Below, piece after piece: positions 36,566-49,426 of a stretch of DNA of 64,000 bases (positions are counted from its first letter, which is position 1; every line of letters starts with the position of its first letter). The position numbers were made by a program, and so were the translations under genes. Source of the DNA: Mobula hypostoma (Eukaryota); NCBI RefSeq assembly GCF_963921235.1, contig NC_086108.1:20832001-20896000 (forward strand), read 5' to 3'. The notes under the pieces are model-generated. The model did not search any database and had not been told where the DNA came from. It worked only from the letters and a program-made list of their open reading frames with translations.

Positions 36566-36655
36566 CTTTGCAGTTTTCACATAGTGGCTCAAAACTTCTG
36601 CTCTGATCTTTAATGTTTGTGCAGTAAGAATTTCTCGGACAACCCAAAAGCTGAC
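36566..36655 (-). CDS. RALGPS2: RalGPS2 internal exon (RasGEF/CDC25 domain), 90 nt
   Basis: ttttcatttatag|[30 protein letters not shown]|gtatgt, phase 0/0; splices in frame to 36364-36456. Confidence 0.93.
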
Positions 36656-36991
36656 CTATAAATGAAAAAAAAATTTTGAATTCTGAAGAGGCAGATAAAT
36701 CAACCAATATTATGTAACCTCACACAGAACTCTAATGTCTCTACATTCATGAAAAGGAGTCAGATGTTTTCTCACCACTAGACTTCATTGCTTCTATGCT
36801 CTTCTGTTAGTCTCTAAATCTTTGTCCTTTGATTTTCTTTTTGTCTAGAGTTTTATATTTGGTGTTCATTGGAAAACATCAATCAAGTCACAAAGTAAAA
36901 GGTTGCTTTCACTATGATTTTAAGTAACAATTCTAAATTCTGTCGGAGTTAAGGAGTTCTGGTAGCCTTGGAAATAAAAATCACATTCAAG

Positions 36992-37524
36992 AATGACTTT
37001 TTGCATCACAACCTGGTACTCCAGCTGCAGTGCTGTCGACAGAAAAACCTTGCAGAGGGTGGTTAGGGGAGCAGAGAAGGTTATTGGGGTCTCCCTACCT
37101 TCTGCCCAAGACCTCTTTCAGAGTCGATGCCTCCTGAAGACACGGTACATCATTAAATACCCCTTACACCCTCTCCATGAACTGTTTGTTCTTCTGCCAT
37201 CAGGCAAACGTTACAGGAGCATCAAAACTAAAACCACAAGGCTACTAAACAGCTTCCTCCCACAGGCAGTCAGACTGCTAAATAGCTGCTCCACCTGACT
37301 CTGCTCTGGACACTTTTAACTGCACTGGACACTTATAACTGGTTTTAACTGACATGTGGCTGTTGTGTTTTACTATTTATTGTTATGTTTATTATTTAGT
37401 GCTGCATTTGTTATGTTATGATTGCACTGCCCCTGAGAAACGCTGTCTCATTCTGCCCTGCAGAGCTGATGTATGGTTAGAATGACAATAAAGTTTTTTG
37501 AATCTTTGAATCTTGAATCTTGAA
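36992..37524 (+). mobile_element. Rex1/Babar-like LINE 3' fragment
   Basis: CITTWYSSC..LQRVVR.AEKVIG..LLPSGKRYRSIKT..NSFLPQAVRLLN; (TCTTGAA)n tail. Confidence 0.85.
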
Positions 37525-39512
37525 CTTGCTTCTCCTTATGGAGCTTCTGAGAATGATGAACAAACCTTTCATGTTCAGGCCAAGCTGTCAGTACCTGATT
37601 AACTGATGATAAGAAAAGGGATGTGATGACACATTTTCAATGGACTAGGCTTGGATAAAATACTGAGTCTAGGTTTTGGAGAAAAACTTTGAGGAGATAA
37701 AAAGGCCACCAAGGGCCCTGGATTGTGAGCCCAAGACTGAGGCCAAAGTGGGGTACCAGGGAACCTGAAGGAACCAATGAAAATATTCAATTTCACTTCC
37801 TGATACTTCATTGTTTTGATGAATTTGTTAAATTACAAAATTAACATTTTAGTATTTGGGAGACTTCCGGTGAGGCACAAGGCAAGATGGCAGCACAGCA
37901 TTGAGCACTGACATAGAACCCTCCTTTTTCAAGTTCTTTAGAGCTCATAGATGGTCTTAATACAAGGTTGAGTTGGAGAAAGATCTAACTAAAGACATTA
38001 CCTTAAAAAAGATCCAAATTCAACCAAGAAACAAGATACCAGCAGACGACACCAATCTAGCGATTCATCCGAGGAAATAGCTATGCTAATCAAGCAAACA
38101 ATGGCAACGGAGACGGAATTGCTGCAGGAAACGGTTGTCCACATGCTAAAGGAGTCGCTGGAAAAGGTTCTTGACCCCATACATAAGCATATGGCAGAGA
38201 ATGGCAACATTCTCCAGTCGTTAAAGGAGCAAGCGGACATTCAAGCCAAAAAATTTAGTACGGTCTTCAACAAAATAGACAATATTCAGGTTAGCTTACG
38301 CAAGAATGAGAAAGTTACTAACTCCTGTCTCTTGGAGGTGACTAAGATACGGAAGAAGCTAAATAACTTGGAGGACAGATCCAGGAGAAACAACGTGTGG
38401 CTGGTCAACTTACCGACAGGTGCGACGATCCAAGAGGTTACCTCCAGGACATACTGCCTAATTGGATACCAGCGCTCAAGAATTCCCACAGTACTCCATT
38501 GGAGATCGATAGAGCACATAGGATCTTTTCCAACAACACCTTAAGACCGCGGACCATGGTTTTTAGGTTTCTATGGTACACCGACCGGCAGGCTATACTG
38601 GAGGGCGCGAGCAAAGCCAAACCTACTCTCCCTGATGGCACCCAGCTGCAGTTCTTCGCCGACTACAGCCCCAGCACTATGCAGGGACTGCAGGGATACA
38701 AAGAGAAGCAAACTAAGCTTCGACAGAAGGGGATTGACTCGTTCCTCATATACCCCGCGATTTTGAGAGTGAATATCAAGGGCATGAAGATGTCGTTTAA
38801 CTCAGCAGAAGAAGCAAAAGAAGCTCTGAAATCATCGATGCTGGGATGTATGGAAGAAGACCCTGGGCAAAGTCCACAAGCCCTTTGGGAGGAGATGGAA
38901 CTGCATTAAGAGCTCGGACCAGCCTGTATGCACAATCTAACAGGCACGGGCAAGTTAATGTCCTAGGTGTGAAGTTTTCTGGTTATTCTTTTATTGGAAA
39001 GCCATTCGATGTACTTCTGTATTTAGTTAATTAAAGGGCCAATTTGTTTCTGAGTATTGCAGGTCAGAGTTTTAAGGTAATGGCTCAGTTAACTTGTTAG
39101 TACAAGGACAACATGGTAAGGTGATATAAGTCTGCCTATACTTTTTACCTTTTTACTTTCTAAGGTGATATTCAATACACTCAAATGCCATACTCCATCA
39201 AGAATGAAGCTGAAAACAGCAGTTTGTTCTGAATAATTTTAGTTATACATGTTCATTTCGGGTTACGTCTCCAGTAGACTTGTTTATGTTCCTGGGCGCC
39301 CGATAAGACATCACTGGTGCCATCGCTAAGCGACGGTCTATTAAAGCAACTGTCTCCCGCAAAAGAACTGTTGGGGTCCTGACTATGTGTTACATTTGAG
39401 ACGGGAATGGTTTTAATTATATAGGTTAACCGGTTTGACCAGGCTTTTTTAACTTGTCTCTGTGAAATGATTGTCTATGAGAACTGCTTTGCCCTTCTAA
39501 TATGTTGGTGCT

Positions 39513-39736
39513 GAAGAAGAAGAAGAAGAAAGCCCTCAACTCCGAGTGGAGTCATCGGGACGCCGTCGTAACGGCGTTTTTTTAGCAGGCTTTCTTATTT
39601 TTTACGAGGTTGAGTTGCTAGCTCGATGCTCAACCAAGCACGGATGGAAAGTGTGCAAGGGAGCCAGCTGGATTCAAACTCAGGGGCATTTGCTTCGAAG
39701 TCCGGCGCTGATGCCACTACGCCTCCAGCCTTCTAC
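39513..39736 (-). mobile_element. tRNA-derived SINE with a (TTC)n tail
   Basis: Head GGCTGGAGGCGTAGTGG (A box) ... GAGTTTGAATCC (B box); TSD TGGTGCT. Absent from the sister L1 copy at ~49000. Confidence 0.82.
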
Positions 39737-39818
39737 TGGTGCTAGAGGGAGGTGGTTAATGTTCGGTGTCTGACATTGCTAAGTGACACTCACAGAAGTT
39801 ACAAAGTAAAGGGTTGTA

Positions 39819-40728
39819 CAGTCGGCCCTCCTTATCCGCGAGGGGTTGGTTCCAGGACCCCACACGGATACCAAAAAACGCACATGCTCAAGTTCCTTAT
39901 TCAACCTGTCTCAATGCAGTGGACCTTAGGACCCAGCGGAACCCCGGATCTTATTTAACCTGTCTCAGTGCGGTGGACATTAGGACCCGGCGGCGAGCTC
40001 TGAAGCTGTAGTGTTTCTGTTCACGAAAATAATCATGATCATGATTGAAAATAAAGTGGAAACAATAAAGCGATCAGAAAGAGGTGAAACACCATCGGTC
40101 ATTGGAAAAACGTTAGGCTACATTCGGTCAACGATCAGAACAATTTTAAAGGATAAAGTGAGAAAGGACCTGCCCTGATGAAAGCTACATTTATTACTAA
40201 GCAACGCAGTGGTTTAATTATCGAGTTTTGGGGTTTGGGTTTTCAATCCCCCACATCAACTCGGCACAGATGGAAAGCGCGCTCAGGAGCGATCTGTCAC
40301 TGGATCGAACTCGAGAACTTCCATTCCCGAGCCCGGCGCTGAAATATACATTTCTTAAGTGTTTTATATGCATAGAAGGTAAAATATATACTATATACTA
40401 AGACAAACGTTTGACTAACTAACGCTAATTAATACCGGATGTACCTGTTCCGACTTACTTAGTGAGAGAACTTAGTTTTTTTTTAATCCCGATCCAGGAT
40501 AACTTACTCACATCCTCCCGTATACTTTAAATCATCTCTAGATTACTTATAATACCTAATACAATGTAAATGCTATGTAAAGTAGTTGATTTTCTGCATT
40601 GCTTAGGGAATAATGATAAGAAAAAATGTCTGTACATACTTGAACAACAAGTGCTGGAAGAAGCCTTCCTGGTTTTCTCGATTCGCGGTTGGGTGAATTT
40701 GCGCATATGGAACTGGCAGATAAGGAGG
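39819..40728 (+). mobile_element. Tigger/pogo-type non-autonomous DNA transposon
   Basis: TA-CAGTCGGCCCTCCTTATCCGCG left TIR; truncated right TIR GATAAGGAGG; CENP-B-like HTH remnant (ENKVETIKRSERGE..STIRTILKDK). Confidence 0.82.
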
Positions 40729-40999
40729 CGGGGGTGGGAAGGGTGTAACTCAAGGCTCCACCACTAACTAACAACAACAGATCCAGGGAAAGATGAGCAA
40801 TACAGATAAATTAGAAAATCTTACTATTGTATCAATTAATGTTAGAAGATTAAACTCTCCCTACAAGCGTTCAAAGGTTTTAGATTTCTTACGCAGAAAG
40901 AAAACAGATATCGCGCTGTTACACATCTTAAACCTAATGACATTCCCAGAGTTCAAAACCGCTTTTATAAACCTGTTGTGGCATCAGCTGATGGTACTC

Positions 41000-42738
41000 T
41001 GAGGGTGAATTTATTATGGGGAACAAGGAAATGGCAGACGAGTTGAACAGGTACTTTGGATCTGTCTTCTCTAGGGAAGACACAAACCATCTCCCAGATA
41101 TAATAGTGGCCAAAGGAACTAGGGTAATGGATGAACTGAAGGAAATTTATATTAGGCAGAAAATGGTGTTGGAGAGGCTAGTGGGTCTGAAGGTTGATAA
41201 GTCCCTGGGACCTGATGGCCTGCATCCCAGGGTACTTAAGGAGGTGGCTTTAGAAATCGTTGACACATTAATAATCATTTTCCAATTTTCTATAAATTCA
41301 GGATCAGTTCCTGTGGATTGCAGGGTGGCTAATGTTGTCCCACTTTTCATGAAAGGAGGGAGAGAGAAAACAGGGAATTAGAGACCAGTTAGCCTGACGT
41401 CAGTGGTGGGAAAGATGCTGGAGTCAATTATAAAAGATGAAATTACAACACATTTGGATGGCAGTAACAGGATAGGTCCGAGTCAGCATGGACTTACGAA
41501 GGGGAAATCGTGCTTGAGTAATCTTCTGGAATTTTTTGAGGATGTAACTATGAAAATGGATAAGGGAGAGCCAGTGGATGTAGTGTACCTGGACTTTCAG
41601 AAAGCCTTTGATAAAACCCCACACAGGAGATTAGTGGGCAAAATTAGGGCACATGGTATTGGGGGCAGACTACTGACATGGATTGAAAATTGGCTGGCTG
41701 ACAGGAATACAAAGAGGGGCAATTAACGGGTCCCTTTCGGAATGGCAAGTGGTGACCAGTGGGGTACCACAGGGTTCAGTGCTGGGACCGCAGCTATTTA
41801 CAATATACATTAATGATTTAGATGAAGGGATTAAAAGTAATATTAGCAAATTTGCAGATGACACAAAGATGAGAATGCAGGGTGACTTGGACAAGCTGGG
41901 TGAGTGGGTGGATGCATGGCAGATGCAGTTTAATGTGGATAAATGTGAGGCTATCCACTTTGGTGGTAAGAACGGGAAGGCAGATTATTATCTAAATGGA
42001 GTCAAGTTAGGAAAAGGGGAAGTACGACCAGATCTAGGTGTTCTTGTACATCAGTCACTGAAAGCAAGCCTGCAGGTACAGCAAGCAGTGAAGAAAGCTA
42101 ATGGCATGCTGGCCTTCATAACAAGGGGAATTGAGTATAGGAGCAAAGAGGTCCTTCTGCAGCTGTACAGGGCCCTGGTGAGACCACACCTGGAGTACTG
42201 TGTGCAGTTTTGGTCTCCAAATTTGAGGAAGGACATTCTTGCTATTAAGGGAGTGCAGCGTAGGTTCACAAGGTTAATTCCCAGGATGGCGGGACTGTCA
42301 TATGCTGAAAGATTGGAGCAACTGGACTTGTATACACTGGAATTTAGAAGGATGAGAGGGGATCTGATTGAAACATATAAGATTATTAAGGGATTGGACA
42401 CGCTGCAGGCAGGAAGCATGTTCCCACTGATGGGCGAGTCCAGAACCAGAAGCCACAGTTTAAGAATAAGGGGTAGGCCATTTAAAACGGAGTTGAGGAA
42501 AAACTTTTTCACCCAGAGAGTGGTGTATATATATGGAATGCTCTGCCCCAGAAGGCAGTGGAGGCCAAGTCCCTGGATGTTTTCAAGAAAGAGATGGATA
42601 GAGCTCTTAAAGATTGCGCAATCAAAGGTCATGGGGATAAGGCAGGAACTGGATACTGATTGTGGATGATCAGCCATGATCACAGTGAATGGCAGAGCTG
42701 GCTCATAGGGCCGAATGGCCTACTCCTGCACCTATTGT
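41000..42738 (+). mobile_element. 5'-truncated CR1 LINE inside L1 ORF2
   Basis: GPDGLHPRVLKE, YLDFQKAFD, SGVPQGSVLGP, KFADDTK, RPHLEYCVQFWSP. L1 ORF2 resumes after the insertion. Confidence 0.93.
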
Positions 42739-43436
42739 CTACTCGTACGAAAGGAGTTATGATATTAATGAGATGTAGTATTAATGTATCAATTGAAAGG
42801 ACTGGTGCCGACAATGAAGGACGTCTAGCTTTTTGCTGCACATCCATTCAAGGTTAAAAAAAAAAGTTGTATTCATTAGCCTATATGCCCCAACTATATT
42901 CGAGGTTTAATTTTTTCCCTCAATTACCTCACAATTACTGAAGTTAAGTGACTACCAACAATATGTTGGTTCGTGGACATGAATGCTTTGGTAAACAATA
43001 ACCTTGATAAATCTTCCTCAACTATATCAAGCTCTCAAGAATGTGCTTCCAAAGCACTTAACCTTTTTCTAATGGATTTAAATTTATCTTATATGTGGAG
43101 GGTACATAATCCATCTGCTAAAGACTATATCTTCTTCTCCACAAGACATAAAACTTTCTCTTGGATATATTACATTCTTATATCCTCCGGATTGCTGCCT
43201 TTGGTACACTCAATAGAATTTTTGCCCAGACATCTATCTGATCGCAACCCAGTCATATCTACTTTTAATTATGGCAAAATTAAAAATAAGGCTACTAGGT
43301 GGATGTTTAACTCCACCCTTCTAAAAAACGACGAATTTCTAACACAACTGGGAACAAAACTGACGGAATTTATAAATTTAAGTAAAAATTGTGTCTTGGA
43401 TGTGACAGTGGTTTGGGCCTCCATCAAGGGTTTCTT

Positions 43437-43999
43437 ATTTTTTTGTAATTTATTTTTTATTGAATTTCATCATCAAACATTTCTATAAGATGTATTTCAA
43501 ATACTGTACATATATATCATATTATCATATTTGTCACAAATCTCCACATAATATTTATCTGAGGTATACACTTATAGAAAGGAGAGGAAAGAAAGAACAA
43601 TTGAAAGAAGACAACTATGTACAGAGTATGGAGCGATCTTTTTTTTTACAACATATTCATTGACTTGTGAGAATAAAATCAGGCCTATGAGGTGTTATGC
43701 AGTTAAACCATTTTTTCTAGTATGAATAAAATTGTTCCAACTTATGATTAACAGATGCTGTTATCTTCTCCATTTTGTAAATGTCCATTGTAATTTCCAT
43801 CCATACATTTAAAGTTGGGCTCGCCTGTGATAACCATTTCCTGGTAAGGGTCTTTTTACCAGCCACCAGCAGTACATTCATTAAATATTTATCTCTTTTC
43901 AACCATTCTTGGGGTATATACCCAAAATATATGGTCTTACTCTCTAAGGGTATTTCACATTTAAAGATATCTTGTAGGGCATTATGTATCCCACTCCAA
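43437..43999 (-). mobile_element. 3' end of a second L1 family
   Basis: T-rich tail at 43437; LLVAGKKTLTRKW...W.EI..MEKIT; same family as 58856-59226. Confidence 0.85.
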
Positions 44000-44001
44000 T
44001 A

Positions 44002-44597
44002 GTCACTCCAAGACAGCTGAAATGTCTCAACCCAAGCAAAGCTGCAGGACTGGATGGTGTCAATACCAGGGTGCTCAAAGCCTGTGCCACTCAGCTATGT
44101 GAAGTTCTTCGCCATGTCTTCAACCTGATCCTGCGACTCCGGAGGGTTCCTGTGCTGTGGAAGACATCCTGCCTCATCCCTGTGCCGAAGTCGCCACGCC
44201 CCAGTGGCCTCAATGACTTCAGACCAGTGGCATTGACCTCCCACATCATGAAGACCCTGGAGAGACTTGTTCTGGAGCTGCTCCGGCCTATGGTCAGGCC
44301 ACACTTAAATCCCCTCCAGTTCATCTACCAGCCCTGACTAGGAGTTGAGGATGCCATCATCTACCTGCTGAACCGTGTCTACGCCCACCTGAACAAGCCA
44401 GCAAGCACTGTGAGGGTCATGTTTTTTGACTTCTCCAGTGCGTTCAACACCATCTGACCTGCTCTGCTGGGGGAGAAGCTGACAGCGATGCAGGTGGATG
44501 CTTTCCTGGTGTCATGAATTCTTGATTACCTGACTGGCAGACCACAGTACATGTGCTTACAACAGTGTGTGTCCGCCAGAGCGATCAGCAGCACTGG
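44002..44597 (+). mobile_element. Rex1 RT internal fragment
   Basis: KAAGLDGV..VLKAC..WKTSCLIPVPK..NDFRPVALTSHIMK..DFSSAFNT. Confidence 0.88.
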
Positions 44598-47330
44598 GAA
44601 AATAATTAGCCCAGATCAAACGGGTTTTATCAGGGGACGTCTCACATCTGATAATATTCGCCGGCTCTTACACATACTGAGTGCAACACATAAAATCCCA
44701 CCTACCTATGGCCTGCTATTTCTAGATGCTGAAAAAGCGTTCGATCGCCTTGAATGGCCATATCTTTGGAGAGTTCTAAAAGAATTTAAGTTCAGCGATA
44801 AATTTTTCAATATGATTCAAACACTGTATGCTAATCCTTCAGCCCAGGTATGTGTAGGAGGAGGTTCCTCAGAGTTATTTGACATAGGATGGGGCACACG
44901 ACAAGGGGACCCTTTGTCTCCTTTAATTTTTACTATATCTATTGAACCGCTTGCATATTTAATTAGAAACTCTCCTCAGATCTCCCCTATTACAATAGGT
45001 ACAACATCACTTTCGATATCACTTTACACAGGCGACACACTAGTTTATATGGCAAATGTTCATCAAACTCCCTCTTAAAAACACTGGAGCAATTTGGATT
45101 TCTTTCAGGATACAAAGTTATTTTATCAATATAAGCACTGATGCTAATTAATACAGATAAAAGTAAGGTGTTTCTCCCTCCCCAGATTAAGGTGACAAAT
45201 AAATTGAACTGAATGATCTTTATTGTCATTATACATAGGTACAATGAAACTGTTTGGCTTCCTCTCAGGCAATTAAAAAAAAGCGGTAGATAAAAACAAG
45301 ACAGTAATAGCAAAACAGTATTAAATAGATAAATAGCAGAAAATAAGTTGAGGTCCTCTACTTGGGTATCAAAGTGAATATTTCCCTATCATCTGTGGCC
45401 AGAACTTTAATTTTTAAAAAATTAGAAGATATTAATAGATGGAGACACTTGCCACCATCAGTCCCAGCCCGTGTATCGGTCATTAAAATGAACATCTTAC
45501 CCTGCATTAATTTTGTCAGCTCAATGATCCCACTTGCAGCTCCAGCAGGATATTGGCAAAAACTGGACTCCTTACTACGATGCTATGTTTGGAATGGTAA
45601 ATGACCCAATATAAAATGGTCAGCTCTACAATTCAAAAAGTCGAATGGGGGATTGGCATGTCCAAATTGTAAATTGTATCACTGGGCATTTGTATTAAAA
45701 AGTCTTAGCTATTAGATGGAGGGGGATGAAGTTTCGTCATGGAAAAATGTAGAACGAGCTAATAGCACCAATAAGGTTGAAGGACTTTCTCCTTATAGTC
45801 TACCAAAAAATGTGATTTGTATTATGGTCCAATTTTAACCCATATGCTACAAGTGTTTAGAGCAGCAGAAAAATTCTTAAAATTTAAAAGCATATGGTGC
45901 AAATCATCTCCATTATGGAACAGTAATCATCTTCTATCTGGGGGGAAACCATTCACTAACAGAACTTGGGAGGGTAAAGGTATTACTACTCTTCAAGATA
46001 TTAATAGGGCAAGTACTATCCTTAGCTTTCAAGAACTGATATCTCGATATAATATTGATAAACACTCTCTTTTCCTCTACTTTCGAGTAAGATCAGCTTG
46101 TAAAGCCTATGGGGTTCCCTGGGGGTCAGATTTAAAGGACCATCCCATTTTAAGTTGGATACAGAGTGCTCCAAGACAGATAGCGTCATACATCTATGAT
46201 AAATTAAACTCCCAGAAATAAATGCCCACATCAGGAATGAAAGCCTGGGATAGGGACATATCTGAATTGGGACAAGATTTAGACTGGGATGCGATTTGGG
46301 ATAATGCTGCTGGTGCTTCGAAAAACCCAAATCATCGGTATATACATTTGAAATTTTGTCATTGAGCATATTTAACACCAAGAATTAGACATCAAATTGG
46401 ACAGGTTCCTAATCCAAATTGCTCATTTTGCCCCCACAGAACTGTTGGCTCTTTTATACATGCTGTATGGGAATGTCCAGGGGTTTTTGGTTTGTGGGGG
46501 AAGGTTATCAGTACTCTTACAGAACTAACAGGGATACAATTACCAATGGACCCCACTTTACATCTTCCAAATGATGACTCCCACCTTTCCCTTATGGAAA
46601 AAAACATGCAAAGTCTGGCTGGCAGGCCTGCCTGCAGCTAAGAAGATTATAGTCCAGCATTGGAAACCTCCCCATGATATTTCAAGTACTCAATGGCTTC
46701 AGAGCTTTTTGGACATTTCTTACCTGAAACTATCATCAGCAAGAGTAAATGATGCACGACCAAACACAATCTTAATGTGGACAAATCTGATACCTAACTT
46801 AAAAGATCTTCTGTTAAAATAGGAGTGCTCTTGTCTGTGTATGCACTACTATTCAATTGGTTGGTGGAGGGTAGAGGGATTGGGGGGGGAGAGAGAGGGG
46901 TGGAGAGGGGGAAGGGAATGAGGAAGAGGATGAGGGGTGGAGGGGGGATGGTGATGAAGGTTGGGGAGGTGGCTAGGTTAAACAGTCAAAATGTAATTGG
47001 CAATTGGTTGTATTAAATGTAATTTGTTAGTGTTGCAATAAAAATTAGTGATAAACATTTTAGTATTTGGCATTTGAGAAAGAAAGGAACAAGCCTAGGC
47101 TTTACCATACCACAGAATGTAGATGTGTAAATGGCTGAAAATGAGGCCTTTAATGGCTAAAGAAAATAAGGTGTTTTGCAAAATCATAAACAGCAATAGA
47201 AACTTGTAGATTGAAGTCTCAAGAAAATAAATAATAGCCGATGATAATTATCAGATTCAGTTTTAAAATCTAGGATTCAGCCCAGTTCAGTCTCAAAATT
47301 CACTTGGCTACAACTACTCAAAAGCTGATT

Positions 47331-49385
47331 GGGACTTCCGATGAGGCATGAGGCAAGATGGTAGCACAGCACTGAGCGCTGTCATATAACCCTCCTTTTT
47401 CAAGTTCTTTAGGGCTCATAGATGGTCTTAATACAAGGTTGAGTTGGAGAAAGATCTAACTTAAAGACATGACCTCAAAAAAAGATCCAAATTCAACCAG
47501 GAAACAAGATACCAGCAGACGACACTCAGCTAGCGAGTCATCCGAGGAAATACCTATTCTAATTAAGCAAACAATGGCAACGGAGCTGGAATCGCTGCAA
47601 GAAACGGTAGCCCACATGCTAAAGGAGACACTGAAAAAGGCTCTCGACCCCATACAGAAGCATATGGCAGAGAATGGCAACATTCTCCGGTCGTTAAAGG
47701 AGCAAGTGGAAATTCATGCTAAAAAATTTAGCACTGTCTTCAACAAAATAGACAACATTCAGGTTAGCTCACGCAAGAATGAGAAAGTTACTAACTCCTG
47801 TCTCTTGGAGGTGACTAAGATACGGAAGAAGCTAAACGACTTGGAGGACAGATCCAGGAGAAACAATGTGCGGCTGGTCAACTTACTGACAGGCACTGAG
47901 GGTGACGATCCAAGAAATTACCTCCAGGAGATGCTGCCTAATTGGATTCCAGAGCTCAAGAATTCCCACAGCACTCCATTGGAGATCGATAGAGCACATA
48001 GGATCTTTTCCAACAACACCTCAAGACCGCGGACCATGGTTTTTAGGCTTCTACAGTACACCGACTGGCAGGCTATCCTGGAGGACCCGAGGAAAGCCAA
48101 ACCTACTCTCCCTGATGGCACCCAGCTGCAGTTCTTCGCCGACTACAGCCCCGGCACGATGCAGGGACTGCAGGGATACAAGGAGATCCGCGCTAAGTTT
48201 CAACAGAAGGGGATCGACTCGTTCTTCATATAGCTGGTGGTTTTGAGAGTGAATATCAAGGGCATGAAGATGTCGTTTAACTCGGCAGAGGAAGCAAAAG
48301 AAGCTCTGAAATCATCAGTGCTGGGAGATATGGAAGAAGACCCTGGGCAAAGTCCACACACCCCTCGGGAGGAGATGGAAGGGCATTAAGAGCTCAGACC
48401 AGCCGGTATGCGCAATCTAACAGGCACAGGCAAGTTAACATCCTAGGTGTGAAGTTTTCTGGTTATTCTTTTATTGGAAAGTCATTCGTTGCACTTTTGT
48501 ATTTAGTTAATTAAGGGGCCAATTTGTTTCTGAGTATTGCAGGTCAGAGTTTTAAGGTAATGGCTCAGTTAACTTGTTAGCACAAGGATAACATAGTAAG
48601 ATGTTACAAGTCCGCCTAGATTTATGCTTTCTATCTTTTACTTTCTAAGGTGGTATTCAATATACCCAAATGTCATACTTCATCAAGAATGAAGCTGAAA
48701 AACAACATTTTGTTCTAAATAACTTTAGTTGTACATGTTCATTTTGGGTTATGTCTCCAGTAGACTTGTTTACGTTCCTGGGCACCAGATAAGACGTCAC
48801 TGGCACCGTCGCTAAGCAGCAGTCTATTAAAGCAATAGTCTCTCGCAAGGGAGCTGTTGGGGTCTTGATTATGTGTTATATTTTATTTGAGACAGTAATG
48901 ATTTTAATTATGTAGGTTAACGGGTTTGTCCAGGTTTTTTTTTCCTTGCCTCTTTAATATGATTGTCTATGAGAACTGCTTTGCCTTTCTAATTTGTTGG
49001 TGCTAGAGGGGGGCAGTTAATGTTAATGTTCAGTGTCTGACATTGCTAAGTGACACTCACAGATGTTACTAAGTAAAGGGTTGAATGCGAGGAGTGATGT
49101 GGGGGGTGGGAAGGGAGTAACTCAGGGCTCCATCACCAACTTACAACAACAGATCCAGGGGAAGATGAGCAACACAAATAAATTAGAATCTAACTTAAGA
49201 GATCTTTTGTTAAAATAGGAATGCTTTATCTGTGCATGCATTATTCAGTTGGTTGTTGGAGGGGAGAGGGTACAGGGTTCTGAGTTGGATGATCACCCAT
49301 GATCATACTGAATGGTGGTGCAGGCTTGAAGGGCCGAATGGCTTACTCCTGCACCTATTTTCTATGTTCCTATGTTTCTAATAAA
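47331..49385 (+). mobile_element. ORF1-only (HAL1-like) L1 derivative with a CR1-type 3' segment
   Basis: Same 5' UTR, ORF1 and spacer as 37860-40800. ORF2 reduced to 49165-49218. TSD AAAAGCTGATT(GGGAC) at 47320 and 49386. Confidence 0.88.
47469..48389 (+). pseudogene. L1 ORF1p (coiled coil, RRM, CTD), 306 codons with one in-frame stop
   Basis: Open from 47469 to TAA at 48387-48389 except for TAG at 48231 (TAC in the sister copy). Confidence 0.88.
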
Positions 49386-49426
49386 AAAAGCTGATTGGGA
49401 CGCTTATGTCTTTGCCAGCATACATC

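Larger units (their letters stand above)
37860..47053 (+). mobile_element. Full-length L1-clade LINE, defective, with several nested insertions
   Basis: 17-bp TSD AACATTTTAGTATTTGG (37843-37859, 47054-47070). ORF1 ~37998-38909 (LEDRSRRNN, IDRAHR, FFADYS). ORF2 40793-46822 (SINVR.LN, DQTGFI.GR, DAEKAFD, GTRQGDPLSP, CSFC..H...EC). G-rich 3' UTR and AATAAA. Confidence 0.93.

Noticed and set aside
42051..42683. 210-aa minus-strand ORF and similar antisense ORFs in the track
   Set aside because: Shadow frames of CR1, Gypsy, BEL and Penelope coding sequence.
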